Source: a bacterium (GTDB lineage: Bacteria; Cyanobacteriota; Vampirovibrionia; Gastranaerophilales; JBAXKC01). From it: a stretch of 64,000 nt of DNA. The translations under genes and the position numbers were made by a program. The notes below the pieces were generated by a model. It was not told where the DNA came from. It did no database searches and saw only the letters and a list, made by a program, of their open reading frames with translations. Below, in pieces: positions 38,609 through 49,174 of this stretch; within the stretch, counting starts at the first letter, position 1; every line of letters begins with the position of its first letter. The stretch lies in NCBI GenBank assembly GCA_037137535.1, contig JBAXKC010000005.1, forward strand, positions 32,001 to 96,000, written 5' to 3'.

Positions 38609-39544
38609 TTATCCAGAGCTTTGATATTCTTCAATATAATGATAAACAGTTGAAACGTCAAATTTTATTTGTTTTTTTAGCTCTTCTATTGAGTTGAATT
38701 TAACTTCGTCTCTTATTTTTTTTTGAAAAATAAGTTCAATTTCTTCATTATATATATTTTGATTAAAGTCTAAAATATGTACCTCAATAAGATTATAAGT
38801 TATGTCTGCAAAAGTTGGTCGTTTTCCTATATTTATTACTGCATTGAATAGTTCATTTTTTATTTTTGCTTGAACATAATAGACACCGTTTGCAGGCATG
38901 GCAATATATTCGGGTTTTTGTATGTTTGCAGTGGGAAAACCTAATTCTCTTCCTCTTTGCATTCCCTTTATTACAGTTCCTTTTAATGAATAAGGTCTGC
39001 CTAAATATTCGGAAGCTGATGTTATATCGCCAACAGCCAAGAAGTCCCTTATCGAAGAGCTGCTTACCGCAATTTCATTTATTAGTACAGGAGAAACTAC
39101 ATTTACTTCATAGTTGTATTCTATTGAATTATTTTTAAGAAATTCATAATTCCCTTTTTTATTTGCTCCAAAATTATGGTCATAGCCTATGGTTATGCTT
39201 TTTGCGTTTAATGATGCGATTAAATATTCTTTAAGGTATTTTTCTGCACTTATTTTAGAAAATTTATCATCAAAATCAATTAAAAAGACTGCATCAACGC
39301 CTTCTTTTTCTAAAAGTTCAAGTTTTTCTTCAGTTGCAGTAATTAATTTTATTTTATTTTCAGAGGTTATAACTTCAGGATGTGTGTCAAAAGTTACAAT
39401 ACATGTAGGGCAATTAAATTCTTTACCCTTATCCATAGCAGTTTTTATAACTTTTTTATGGGCGGAATGTACACCATCAAACATCCCTAACGCAAGACTA
39501 GAGGCTTTAAAAATATTTTTTAACGGTGTTTTTATTATTTGCAT
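38609..39544 (-). CDS. ribF: Bifunctional riboflavin kinase / FAD synthetase
   Basis: GMFDGVHSAH, GYDHNFG, SSSSIR, GRELGFPTAN, GKRPT, IRDEVKF. Confidence 0.96.
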   Translation of the reverse strand: MQIIKTPLKNIFKASSLALGMFDGVHSAHKKVIKTAMDKGKEFNCPTCIVTFDTHPEVITSENKIKLITATEEKLELLEKEGVDAVFLIDFDDKFSKISAEKYLKEYLIASLNAKSITIGYDHNFGANKKGNYEFLKNNSIEYNYEVNVVSPVLINEIAVSSSSIRDFLAVGDITSASEYLGRPYSLKGTVIKGMQRGRELGFPTANIQKPEYIAMPANGVYYVQAKIKNELFNAVINIGKRPTFADITYNLIEVHILDFNQNIYNEEIELIFQKKIRDEVKFNSIEELKKQIKFDVSTVYHYIEEYQSSG

Positions 39545-39718
39545 ATATTCTCTCAGTCACCTAAGAACCACATTCATAATAGCATAGTTATGCTTAATTT
39601 TTTTATATATAAAGTTTGAATTCAATTCAAAATGAAAATATACTAATAGACTGTTATCTCTAAGAAAAATATATTATAATAGATATTGTAGTGGTTTAGA
39701 ATTTTCTGCGGAAGTTTT

Positions 39719-41392
39719 ATGTTGACTTATGCTGAATTAATTACTTTTGTTTTAACAATATTAGTTGGTATTACTGTATTTACTCTTTATAAATACGTAA
39801 TGCAGAGTTTTAATGAGCTTTATGTTGAAAAAAACTTGAATAAAAATGCACAATTCAATAAGATGAAAGAAATGCAGGAAGAAGCCCTTAACGATGTAGC
39901 TCTTTTTAAAAAAGCTATGCAATTGTATCAGTTAGGACAACTCAACGAGGCTTTAAAACTTTTTAAAAGCTATGTGAGAAAAAAGCCCAATGATATTGAT
40001 GCAAGACTTTCTATGACAGATATTTTCATACAGAAAAATGAAATTATTCATGCTATTGAGCAATTAAATCATATAAAAAAACTTGATATGTCTAATTTAT
40101 CCTTTAAAGAAAAACTTATTGAGTGTTACGAATCTTTAGGCAATTATGCTTCTGCTGTTAACGAATTAAATGATTGTTTGAAAATAGTACCTGATAATAT
40201 TTCTTATCTTAAGAGATCAGCAGCAATGTATAAAAAAGTGGGAAACTTTAATTATGCTCTGGCTCAATATCAAAAAATATTGAAAATTGAAACTTCTGAT
40301 TTGGCTACAAGAAAAGAAGTGGCTACTATTTATTTTGATAGTACAAATTATAAAAAAGCAGCTGAAGAATTAGAAATCTTATTAAGATATTCTCCACAAG
40401 ATATGCAGATTTTAAAAAAACTTGCTCAATCTTATAAAAAATCAAATCAATATGAAAAGGCATTAGGAACTTATAATCAAATATTATCCTTTGAGCCTGA
40501 AAATAAAGAAGTAGCAAAAGATTTAGCAGATGTTTACTGTCATTTTGGTAATTATCAAGCCGCAATAGCTCTTTATGAAAATATAATAAATCAACATGAC
40601 TTTTCTTTAAGTGCAAAATCAAGGTATGCAGAACTTTTAACTTTTTGTTCTTATTTCGATAAAGCTATTTCTATCTGTAAAGATATACTATCAAAAGAAA
40701 GCAATAATGAGTACATTAACAATATTCTGTCTAAAGCCTATGAAGGTAAGGGCGATTATTTGTCCGCTATTGATATATATAAAGATTTAATAGCCGTTTC
40801 AAGAGATGAAGACAGTAAAAGTCATTATAGAAATTTATTAAGTGTAGTTTTGTGCAATTGGGGTGTTACTTTGTACAAACAGAAGCTTTATAATGATTCA
40901 TTAGATAAATTTTCACTTGCTGTTTTTTATGATGACAAAAATCCCGATATTTATTTTAATCTGGGGAAAGCAAATCATCTGATTAAAAATTTTGATACAG
41001 CTAAAGCAAACTTTAAAAGAGCAATCGTATTAGCTCCTGATGATTATGATTCTTATCTCGGAATGGCATCTTTATTTGAGGAAATAGGTGAAAAAGACAG
41101 GGCTTTAAGCTATTATCTACAGGCAAAGAAATTAGCACCTTTTAATATTGAAGTTTTATGTGATTTAGGTGTTTTTTACGGGAAATATAACAACATGGAT
41201 AAAGCTATTGAAGAGTTTAAATTAGCTGCATCAGTCGATGAAAATTCTATTGATGCACATTATAATTTAGGCGTAGCTTATGAGATGGTAGGACAATTGC
41301 ATTTAGCAAAAGCGGAGTATGAAAAAACACTTTTTATAAATCCTAATCACCGTGAAGCTAAGAATAATCTTGAAGTATTAATGAATGATTAA
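39719..41392 (+). CDS. Membrane-anchored TPR repeat protein
   Basis: N-terminal TM then many TPRs (e.g. AHYNLGVAYEMVGQLHLAKAEYEKTLFINPNH). Confidence 0.85.
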   Translation: MLTYAELITFVLTILVGITVFTLYKYVMQSFNELYVEKNLNKNAQFNKMKEMQEEALNDVALFKKAMQLYQLGQLNEALKLFKSYVRKKPNDIDARLSMTDIFIQKNEIIHAIEQLNHIKKLDMSNLSFKEKLIECYESLGNYASAVNELNDCLKIVPDNISYLKRSAAMYKKVGNFNYALAQYQKILKIETSDLATRKEVATIYFDSTNYKKAAEELEILLRYSPQDMQILKKLAQSYKKSNQYEKALGTYNQILSFEPENKEVAKDLADVYCHFGNYQAAIALYENIINQHDFSLSAKSRYAELLTFCSYFDKAISICKDILSKESNNEYINNILSKAYEGKGDYLSAIDIYKDLIAVSRDEDSKSHYRNLLSVVLCNWGVTLYKQKLYNDSLDKFSLAVFYDDKNPDIYFNLGKANHLIKNFDTAKANFKRAIVLAPDDYDSYLGMASLFEEIGEKDRALSYYLQAKKLAPFNIEVLCDLGVFYGKYNNMDKAIEEFKLAASVDENSIDAHYNLGVAYEMVGQLHLAKAEYEKTLFINPNHREAKNNLEVLMND

Positions 41393-41548
41393 TCTGCTTT
41401 GTTTTGATAATTTAAAACTTAATAATAATTTGGCAACTTAAGTTAATTATTAAATATACATTAGTATTATATAGTTAAATGGACTACTATATCTCAATTT
41501 TTTATGTAATAATAAAGCGTCTATCGTGAGTCTTATTTGGAGACAAAA

Positions 41549-42001
41549 ATGGAAAGAACATTTATTGCTTTAAAGCCGGATGCCGTTCAAAGAGGTTTAA
41601 TCGGTGAAATTATCAGCCGTATTGAAAAAAGAGGTTTTAAAATCGTAGCTATGAAATTAATGCACCTTAGTGAAGAAAAAGCTAAAGAGCATTATAGCGA
41701 ACATATAGGAAAACCTTTCTTTGACAAGCTTGTGACTTTTATAACAAGTGGGCCTATCGTTGCTATTGTTGTTGAAGGTGTCAATGTTGTAAAAACAATG
41801 AGAAAAACTATGGGAGCAACTAATCCTCAAGATTCAGAATTAGGATCAATCAGAGCTGATTTTGGACAGGATATGGGGAGAAATATTATCCATGGTTCTG
41901 ACTCATTAGAAAGTGCAAAACGTGAAATAGCAATATTTTTTGATGATTCTGAGATTTTACCGTCATGGAATAGAGATGTTGATAAATGGGTTATTGAGTA
42001 A
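41549..42001 (+). CDS. ndk: Nucleoside diphosphate kinase
   Basis: MERTFIALKPDAVQR, GATNP, RNIIHGSDS; ATG at 41549 after GGAG. Confidence 0.97.
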   Translation: MERTFIALKPDAVQRGLIGEIISRIEKRGFKIVAMKLMHLSEEKAKEHYSEHIGKPFFDKLVTFITSGPIVAIVVEGVNVVKTMRKTMGATNPQDSELGSIRADFGQDMGRNIIHGSDSLESAKREIAIFFDDSEILPSWNRDVDKWVIE

Positions 42002-42019
42002 AAAATTGAAAATGGTTTT

Positions 42020-43144
42020 ATGAGTGAAAAATATTTTGACTATACATTAGAAAAAAAATCTGCTAAATCAAATGCAAGAGCAGGTACATTTAAAACTCCT
42101 CACGGAGAAATTAAAACACCCGTATTTATGCCTGTTGGTACTAATTCTGCCGTTAAAATGATGACAGGACACCATTTGTATGAAACAAATGCGCAGATTA
42201 TATTATCAAATTCATATCATTTATTTTTAAGACCAGGGCATAAATTAATTGAAAAAGCAGGCGGTCTTCATAAATGGATGAATTGGCATAAGCCTATATT
42301 AACTGATTCAGGCGGATTTCAAGTCTTTAGTCTTGCTGCTTTAAGAAAAATAACTGAAGAAGGAGTAACCTTCAGAGATCCTAAGCGTGGTGATTCTTAT
42401 TTTATTAATCCTGAAGTTTCTATGGAAATTCAGAATGCCCTTGGCCCTGATATTATGATGGCATTTGATGAATGCGCACCATATCCTTGTGATCACACTC
42501 ATGCTAAGAAAGCCATGGAACGTACTCATAGATGGTTGGATAGATGTTTTGCCGCTCATAAAAGACCTGACCAAGCATTATTTCCAATTGTTCAAGGTTC
42601 TACTTATGATGATTTGCGTGCAGAAAGCGTTAAATATATATCATCAGTAGAAGCTCATGGCTATGCAATCGGTGGTGTTAGTGTTGGTGAACCTAGAGAG
42701 CTTATTAATCATATTGTTGAAATAACAGCCCCCGAATTACCAGAAAATAAACCTAGATATTTAATGGGTGTCGGAACTCCCGAAGATTTACTTGATGGTG
42801 TCTTAAGGGGTATTGATATGTTTGATTGCGTTATGCCTACAAGAAATGCAAGGCATGGTAGCTTTTTTACAAATAAAGGTCGTGGTGTAATTAAAAATAA
42901 AGAGTTTGAAGAAGATTTTACTCCTTTAGATCCCGACTGCACCTGTTATGCTTGTAGAAATCATACTAAAGCCTATATCAGACATCTCTTTAGAATGAAA
43001 GAAGCTACTGCGGCTATTCTTATGAGTATTCATAATATTCATTTCCTTGTAAACTTAATGTTTGAAGCAAGGGAAGCTGTTTTAAATGATAATTATGAAG
43101 CATTTTATGATAAGAAAATGACTGATTTGGGTATTATTCGTTAA
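42020..43144 (+). CDS. tgt: tRNA-guanine transglycosylase (queuosine)
   Basis: TPVFMPVGT, TDSGGFQVFSL, PRYLMGVG, DMFDCV, CTCYAC. Confidence 0.97.
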   Translation: MSEKYFDYTLEKKSAKSNARAGTFKTPHGEIKTPVFMPVGTNSAVKMMTGHHLYETNAQIILSNSYHLFLRPGHKLIEKAGGLHKWMNWHKPILTDSGGFQVFSLAALRKITEEGVTFRDPKRGDSYFINPEVSMEIQNALGPDIMMAFDECAPYPCDHTHAKKAMERTHRWLDRCFAAHKRPDQALFPIVQGSTYDDLRAESVKYISSVEAHGYAIGGVSVGEPRELINHIVEITAPELPENKPRYLMGVGTPEDLLDGVLRGIDMFDCVMPTRNARHGSFFTNKGRGVIKNKEFEEDFTPLDPDCTCYACRNHTKAYIRHLFRMKEATAAILMSIHNIHFLVNLMFEAREAVLNDNYEAFYDKKMTDLGIIR

Positions 43145-43175
43145 GAATATATTTTTAGTAGTTCATCAAATATTT

Positions 43176-43203
43176 AAAAACCTGCTTTCATAAGCAGGTT
43201 TTT
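43176..43203. terminator. Bidirectional terminator
   Basis: AAAAACCTGCTT-TCAT-AAGCAGGTTTTT. Confidence 0.85.
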
Positions 43204-43223
43204 GGTTTTCTTGGATAGTTATA

Positions 43224-43820
43224 TTAGAATTCTATTCCTTCTCTTGCAGGAATACCTATATCCCAATAGTGTTTTATCGGTTTTATTTCTGAGACAAGAT
43301 GAGCTATTTCCACAATTTCAGGATGTGCTCTTCTGCCTGTCATTACAATTTCTAAATCTAAAGGCTTGTTTTGTAAGAAGTCTTTGACATCATTTATTTC
43401 GATTAATCCAAGGTCTATTGCTATATTTATCTCATCAAGAACGATAAGTTTATATTCATTAGATTTTGCTGCATCTTTTGCAATGTCCCAACCTTTAGCA
43501 ATAGCAACCTGATCTTCATCATTGATATTAGAGCTATATACAATTCTATCAACGCCTGCTTGAACAATTTTTAGCTTATTGCTTAAATTTTGCATTAATT
43601 CTTTAAAAGAGTATAATTCACCGTAGTTGGTTCCACCCTTAGTAAACATAACTATAAGGACATTCCAACCTCTGCCCAGTGCTCTCATTGTTAAACCGAG
43701 AGATGCGGTTGTTTTACCTTTGCCATCTCCTGTATAGACTTGAATATAGCCTCGTTCATCAAACTGAGGATTTATCAACTCCTGATCAGATAGATTTTGT
43801 TTTCTTGAATTTTTGGTCAT
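43224..43820 (-). CDS. cobO: Cob(I)alamin adenosyltransferase (CobO/BtuR)
   Basis: YTGDGKGKTTASLG, VLDEI, MTGR, KHYW...GIEF; probable ATG at 43820 (track 43886). Confidence 0.92.
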   Translation of the reverse strand: MTKNSRKQNLSDQELINPQFDERGYIQVYTGDGKGKTTASLGLTMRALGRGWNVLIVMFTKGGTNYGELYSFKELMQNLSNKLKIVQAGVDRIVYSSNINDEDQVAIAKGWDIAKDAAKSNEYKLIVLDEINIAIDLGLIEINDVKDFLQNKPLDLEIVMTGRRAHPEIVEIAHLVSEIKPIKHYWDIGIPAREGIEF

Positions 43821-43992
43821 TGTCTTGCCCTTAAAATATCTATTATTAATTTTATCATTAATAAAATAAAAAATTTTCTTTATCATAAAATTAATTGATT
43901 ACTTTGAATTTTTGAATTGCCAAATATAATTAATATTAGTATTAATAAACAAATATTAATACCATTATTTATTAAATTAATATCTCTAAACA

Positions 43993-44028
43993 TAAAAAAT
44001 CCTGACATCAATTGTCAGGATTTTTTTA
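43993..44028. terminator. Terminator after hlyD
   Basis: AAAAAATCCTGACA...TGTCAGGATTTTTT. Confidence 0.85.
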
Positions 44029-44043
44029 GATTATATGCTTTGT

Positions 44044-45378
44044 TTATCTTACGCTCATACCTTCATTTAAGTATTTAATCAGTGGGTAAATAAAGAACTC
44101 TATAATTCTTCTTTTTCCAACTTTGATTTCTGCACTTAAACTCATACCTGTTTTGAGATAAACTTTTTTACTTTCAACCATCAACGACTTATCGATAGGT
44201 GTTATGTAAACTTCATAGATAAGTCCTGCTTTCGGGTCTTGAATACTGTCTTCTGAGATGCTTTTTACTTTTCCTTTTAAAATTCCGTACTTTTGGAAAT
44301 CAAAGGTATCAATTTTAAGAGCTACCGGCATTCCTTCATGAATAAAGCCTATATCTCTGTTTTCAGCTGTGGCTTTAATTACAAGAGGAGTGTTTATCGG
44401 AACAATTGACATTAATTTTTCTGCTGACGTTACAACTCCACCAACTGTGTGGACTGAAAGAGTATTAATATAACCATCAACAGGTGAAATAATGCGTTGT
44501 TTAGTATTTTTGTAAGTTGCTTCTTTAATTTGTGAAATAAGATCAGTAGAATTTTTTTGTTTATCAGAAAGTTCTTTTAAATTCTCAGCTTTAAAGTTAG
44601 CTCTAATGTATGATTGCTCTTCTAGTGCCTGATTTCTTTGATGATGTAACTCATCTAATTTGAAATCAGCTTCTTTTATTTGGCTTTGTAGATTTAAAAT
44701 ATCTGAATGGCATTGATCAACTTCATTTTTTGCAATTATATTTATAACTGCATTTAGTCGTCTTTCTTTATCTTTAAGAATAGTTAATTGATTTAAATTA
44801 TTACTTCTTGAAGCTAAAGTAGATTTAATTTGCTCATCAACTTTTTTAAGCTCTAATTCTTTTACATCTAACTGTTTTTGCATACTATCCATAGATGAAT
44901 TGTATAGTTGAGTCTGTGTATTTATTGAATAAACATCAGGTAATTTTTCACCTGTTGCAGTAGGTGGAACAAATCTAACACCTTGAGATGATGCATCTAA
45001 CCTTTGTGATTCTAATTGAATATAATCAAGATTTTTTTTCATTGCATCAAGCCTAGGAGCGGTAGTTGAAGGATCTATTTCCATCAAAATTTGTCCTTTT
45101 TTTACAAAAGAACCCTCTTTTACAAAAATATTAGTTATTACACCAGTATCTAAAGGTTGAATTACTTTAATATTTCCGTCAGGAATTATCTGTCCTCTTG
45201 TTGTTACTACAATGTCAACTTGTCCAAGGACTAACCAGAGTATAGTGCAAACAAATAAGATAACTACTGTCCAAAACATTGTTCTGCCAATAGGGCTTAC
45301 AGGTGCATCTTCTATTTCTAATAAAATAGGCTTAAACTCGTGAGCGTCATCCATTCTCTTAAATAGTTTTTTAAGCAT
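44044..45378 (-). CDS. hlyD: HlyD-family type I secretion membrane fusion protein
   Basis: EFKP..LEI, TM, SPVDG, GGVVT, FDFQKYG, GMSLSAEIKVGKRRIIEFF. Confidence 0.93.
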   Translation of the reverse strand: MLKKLFKRMDDAHEFKPILLEIEDAPVSPIGRTMFWTVVILFVCTILWLVLGQVDIVVTTRGQIIPDGNIKVIQPLDTGVITNIFVKEGSFVKKGQILMEIDPSTTAPRLDAMKKNLDYIQLESQRLDASSQGVRFVPPTATGEKLPDVYSINTQTQLYNSSMDSMQKQLDVKELELKKVDEQIKSTLASRSNNLNQLTILKDKERRLNAVINIIAKNEVDQCHSDILNLQSQIKEADFKLDELHHQRNQALEEQSYIRANFKAENLKELSDKQKNSTDLISQIKEATYKNTKQRIISPVDGYINTLSVHTVGGVVTSAEKLMSIVPINTPLVIKATAENRDIGFIHEGMPVALKIDTFDFQKYGILKGKVKSISEDSIQDPKAGLIYEVYITPIDKSLMVESKKVYLKTGMSLSAEIKVGKRRIIEFFIYPLIKYLNEGMSVR

Positions 45379-47485
45379 TTACCGGCTCCTGTTGTGTGTA
45401 CAATTTATAATAATAGCCTTTTTTATCTATTAATTCCTGATGTGTTCCCATTTCAATTATTTTGCCCTCATCTAAAGCTACAATTAAATCGCAACCGACA
45501 ACAGTAAATAATCTGTGAGCTATAACAAACATAGTTCTGCTGCTTTTAATCTGTCCGATATTATCTTGAATAATTTTTTCTGATTCGTAATCAAGTGCAG
45601 AAGTCGCTTCGTCAAAAATAAGGATTTTAGGATTTGTAATAATAGCTCTCGCTATTGCTATTCTTTGTCTTTGACCGCCGGAAAGAGTTGAACCTCTTTC
45701 ACCGACTAGAGTGTCATAACCTTCAGGTAATTTTCTGATAAAGTCATGTGCTCCTGCAATTTTTGCACATTCAATTATTAATTCAATTGAAGCATCAGGT
45801 TTTGGTAGTGCAATGTTATCTCTTATTGAGCCGCTAAATAAATAATTCTCTTGTAATACTATTCCGATATTATTTCTTAACCATACTGGATTCATGTGTC
45901 TTGTATCGACATCATCAAGATAAACGGCACCTTCATTAGGAATATATAATCTTTGAATAAGTTTTGCGATTGTACTTTTACCGCTTCCGCTTCTTCCTAC
46001 AAATCCGACACTCATTCCAGATTCAACCTTAAGGCTAAAATTATCGATAACATAAGGAGAATTAATATTGTATTTGAATGATAGGTTTTCTATCTTTATT
46101 GATCCATTAATGCTTGGTAATGTAATAGCTTTGCTATTTGTCGATTCAATAGGGGAATTTAAAATATCACCTAATCTGTCAACACCAAGAAGTGCTTGTT
46201 GAAACTCGTTCCATAAACCTACAAGTCTTAAAACAGGACCTGTGAATTGACCGGAGAACATTTGAAACGCAATAAGCTGACCTATACTTAGTTTATTATC
46301 AATTACAAGTTTAACTCCTAGGTATAGAACTATAATTGACATCATTTTTTGAAAAGCTCCACATATTGCTCCAAGCAATACTCCTAAGTTAGCAAGGTTA
46401 AATCCTGATTTAACATAAGCACCTAGGTAATCATCCCATTTTTGTTGCATTGAACCTTCAATTGCAAGAGATTTAACGGTTTGAACTCCTGTAACAGACT
46501 CAACTAAATAGGAGTTTGATTGAGCTCCCATTTGAAATTTTTCGTTTAATCTGTTTCTAAGTTCAGGCGTAACTGTAACATAAAGTAATGCTAATAACGC
46601 CACAAATATTATAACTACCACAGATAGCTTAACACTATATAGAACCATAAATACAACGAATATTAATGAGAAGAATACGTCAATGATTACTGATACAGCT
46701 TTACTGCATATAAAAGATCGAATATTTTCTAATTCTCTTATTCTTTCAATAATATTTCCGACTTTTCTCGATTCAAAATACATAAATGGTAAACCAAATA
46801 GATGTTTGAATAATTTTGAACCCAATTTTGCATCAATTTTGCTGACTGTGTGAATAAAGATATAATTTCTTGAAATATTAAGAACAAGTTCAAATAGTGC
46901 AGTTCCGATAAAAGCTGCCGCTAATACGTCTAAAGTAAGCATACTTCTATGAACAATTACTTTATCCATAATTACTTGAGTAAATAAAGGTGTTACGAGT
47001 CCAAAAAGCTGAACAATAAACGAACCTATTAAAACTTCTGCTATAACACGTTTATACTTTAAAATTTCGACAAAAAACCACTTGAAACCAAATCGAATGC
47101 TTTCTGACAACATTTTATGAAAAACTGCAATATATTCAAAAGAAAGTTCATCTATTTGTTCAAAAGTAAGTTCTTGGGTTACATTTGTATCACTGGCAGG
47201 TATATAAAGTAATGCTTTTTCTTCTGCTTTTTTGTCTTTTAACACAACTCCGAAAGTATTATCTTTAAAGACTATTACAGCAGGTAACGGGTAATTTTCT
47301 ATAAATTGACTTATAGGTATTTTTTTTAATTTAGCTTTAAATCCATACCTTTTAATGATTTGAAGTAATTGTGCCTTAGATAATTCACTTTCATCTAAAC
47401 AAAATTCTCTCACTATTGATCGTAGATCTACACTCATTCTACTTAATTTAGCAATAATTTCGAAACATAAGAGAGCAGTTTGCAT
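45371..47485 (-). CDS. hlyB: HlyB-family type I secretion ABC transporter with C39-like domain
   Basis: FGFKWF, PLFTQVIMDKV, GRSGSGKST, LSGGQRQR, FDEATSALD. Confidence 0.93.
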   Translation of the reverse strand: MQTALLCFEIIAKLSRMSVDLRSIVREFCLDESELSKAQLLQIIKRYGFKAKLKKIPISQFIENYPLPAVIVFKDNTFGVVLKDKKAEEKALLYIPASDTNVTQELTFEQIDELSFEYIAVFHKMLSESIRFGFKWFFVEILKYKRVIAEVLIGSFIVQLFGLVTPLFTQVIMDKVIVHRSMLTLDVLAAAFIGTALFELVLNISRNYIFIHTVSKIDAKLGSKLFKHLFGLPFMYFESRKVGNIIERIRELENIRSFICSKAVSVIIDVFFSLIFVVFMVLYSVKLSVVVIIFVALLALLYVTVTPELRNRLNEKFQMGAQSNSYLVESVTGVQTVKSLAIEGSMQQKWDDYLGAYVKSGFNLANLGVLLGAICGAFQKMMSIIVLYLGVKLVIDNKLSIGQLIAFQMFSGQFTGPVLRLVGLWNEFQQALLGVDRLGDILNSPIESTNSKAITLPSINGSIKIENLSFKYNINSPYVIDNFSLKVESGMSVGFVGRSGSGKSTIAKLIQRLYIPNEGAVYLDDVDTRHMNPVWLRNNIGIVLQENYLFSGSIRDNIALPKPDASIELIIECAKIAGAHDFIRKLPEGYDTLVGERGSTLSGGQRQRIAIARAIITNPKILIFDEATSALDYESEKIIQDNIGQIKSSRTMFVIAHRLFTVVGCDLIVALDEGKIIEMGTHQELIDKKGYYYKLYTQQEPVNA

Positions 47486-47745
47486 TAATATTCAACCCCA
47501 AATATAAATGATTTCAATAAATTTCATATCAAGCATTAATAGATTTATAAAAATTAAAAAATTTATTAAATTCTGATAGAACTATAAAATCTTAGCATGA
47601 AGACTTAGCCTCATCAATAAAGCCTACTACTTATACAGTATTTATATGACCGTTATTTTTTTATGGAGTCAATCTTTTATATGAATTTTTTTAACAACTT
47701 GTCGGATAAATAAAAAATTAAAAAATTATGATTTATAATATTATT

Positions 47746-49074
47746 ATGAAAAAGAAATTTAATTTATCAATTGGATTAATTTGTGCAATGTTGCTGGCAA
47801 CCGGCAACTTTGCTAAAGCTGAAACAATTACTTTTGACAACGTTTATGATAAGACAAAAACTTATTCACAAGAGCTTAAAATTTCAAACATTGAAATAGG
47901 AATAAGCAAAACTGAATTAAAAAGTGCTAAAGCCGATTATTATCCAACTTTGACGGCTGGATCTTATGCTGAATACACAAGAGATTTAACAAAAAAAACA
48001 GGCGGTAGCGGAGGCTCTTCAATTTCTTCTGTTGGCTCAAGTGTTGTTTCCTCTGCTTCACAATATCAAAATCTTTTAAATATTAACCTATCTTATAATT
48101 TATTTGATTTTGGGGTAATCCATAAAAAAGTAGTTATGGCAAAAAAGGATGTAGAAGAAAAAAATATTCTATATAAACAAAGCCTTGTTGATTTGAAAAT
48201 GAAATTGCTTGACGTATATACGAAGGGTTTAATTTTAAATAAAAGCATAAAAGCGTTAAATCAAATGTTACCAGTTGCCCAATCACTATATGATATGAAA
48301 CAAGAACTTTATAAAGAGGGATTTGCTTCTAAATTACAAGTTTCTGATGAATCTATTAATGTAATGAAGCTTAAAAATGAAATATTGGATAATCAAATTG
48401 AATTCAAAAAAGTATTAACTGATCTTTCATCATATACACATGAAAATTATGATATTGAAAATACTGAATTGTCTGATTTTGATAATCAAGATTATATTGT
48501 TCCTATTGCAAATAAAAGTAATAGGCAAAACTTAAAGTATAAAGTTTATCAACTAGAAATTGAAAAGAAAAAAGCTGAGTTAGAATCAATGAAAAGACAG
48601 AAATTACCAAATATAAAGCTATATACCAGTTTTGGATTATATGGTGCAGATAGAAGTGACTTTTTAAAATCAGTAAATAATATTGGTACAAGAAATCTTA
48701 CTGCGGGCATTTCAGCATCTTTACCGTTATTTGACGGATTTAAAAACTCTGCAAATTGCGACAGATTAAAAATGGAGCTTAAAAAACTTCAATTACAAAA
48801 AGAACAGGCTGAGGAAGATTATAATTCAAGTCTTGATAAATTAACTGAAAGTTTATCTTCTTATAAAGAAGAAAAGAAAAACTATGATATTTTACTAGGT
48901 GAAGTAAGCGAAAAACTTGCTATGCTTAATCAATTATCACAAGAAAAACTGACTGATAAAGCATCTGTTGAGAAGCAAAAGCAAGAGTTAATCAAACAAA
49001 AGCTGGAATATGAAAAAAATAGAATTATAATAGCCTCTTCAATTAGAAAAATTGAAACTTTATTAGGCACTTAG
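47746..49074 (+). CDS. tolC: TolC-family outer membrane efflux protein
   Basis: Signal peptide MKKKF...AKA; AKADYYPTL, SYNLFDFG, SLPLFDGF; divergent from hlyBD. Confidence 0.85.
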   Translation: MKKKFNLSIGLICAMLLATGNFAKAETITFDNVYDKTKTYSQELKISNIEIGISKTELKSAKADYYPTLTAGSYAEYTRDLTKKTGGSGGSSISSVGSSVVSSASQYQNLLNINLSYNLFDFGVIHKKVVMAKKDVEEKNILYKQSLVDLKMKLLDVYTKGLILNKSIKALNQMLPVAQSLYDMKQELYKEGFASKLQVSDESINVMKLKNEILDNQIEFKKVLTDLSSYTHENYDIENTELSDFDNQDYIVPIANKSNRQNLKYKVYQLEIEKKKAELESMKRQKLPNIKLYTSFGLYGADRSDFLKSVNNIGTRNLTAGISASLPLFDGFKNSANCDRLKMELKKLQLQKEQAEEDYNSSLDKLTESLSSYKEEKKNYDILLGEVSEKLAMLNQLSQEKLTDKASVEKQKQELIKQKLEYEKNRIIIASSIRKIETLLGT

Positions 49075-49097
49075 CAGATCATATAATATTGGATTTT

Positions 49098-49133
49098 CTG
49101 AGGCAAAATGCTGTTTGTAGAATTTTGCCTTAG
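49098..49133. terminator. Hairpin between convergent genes
   Basis: CTGAGGCAAAAT...ATTTTGCCTTAG. Confidence 0.6.
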
Positions 49134-49174
49134 AGTGTTTTCACTTGGTGATAAATAGTTTTAAGTGTTCTTTA

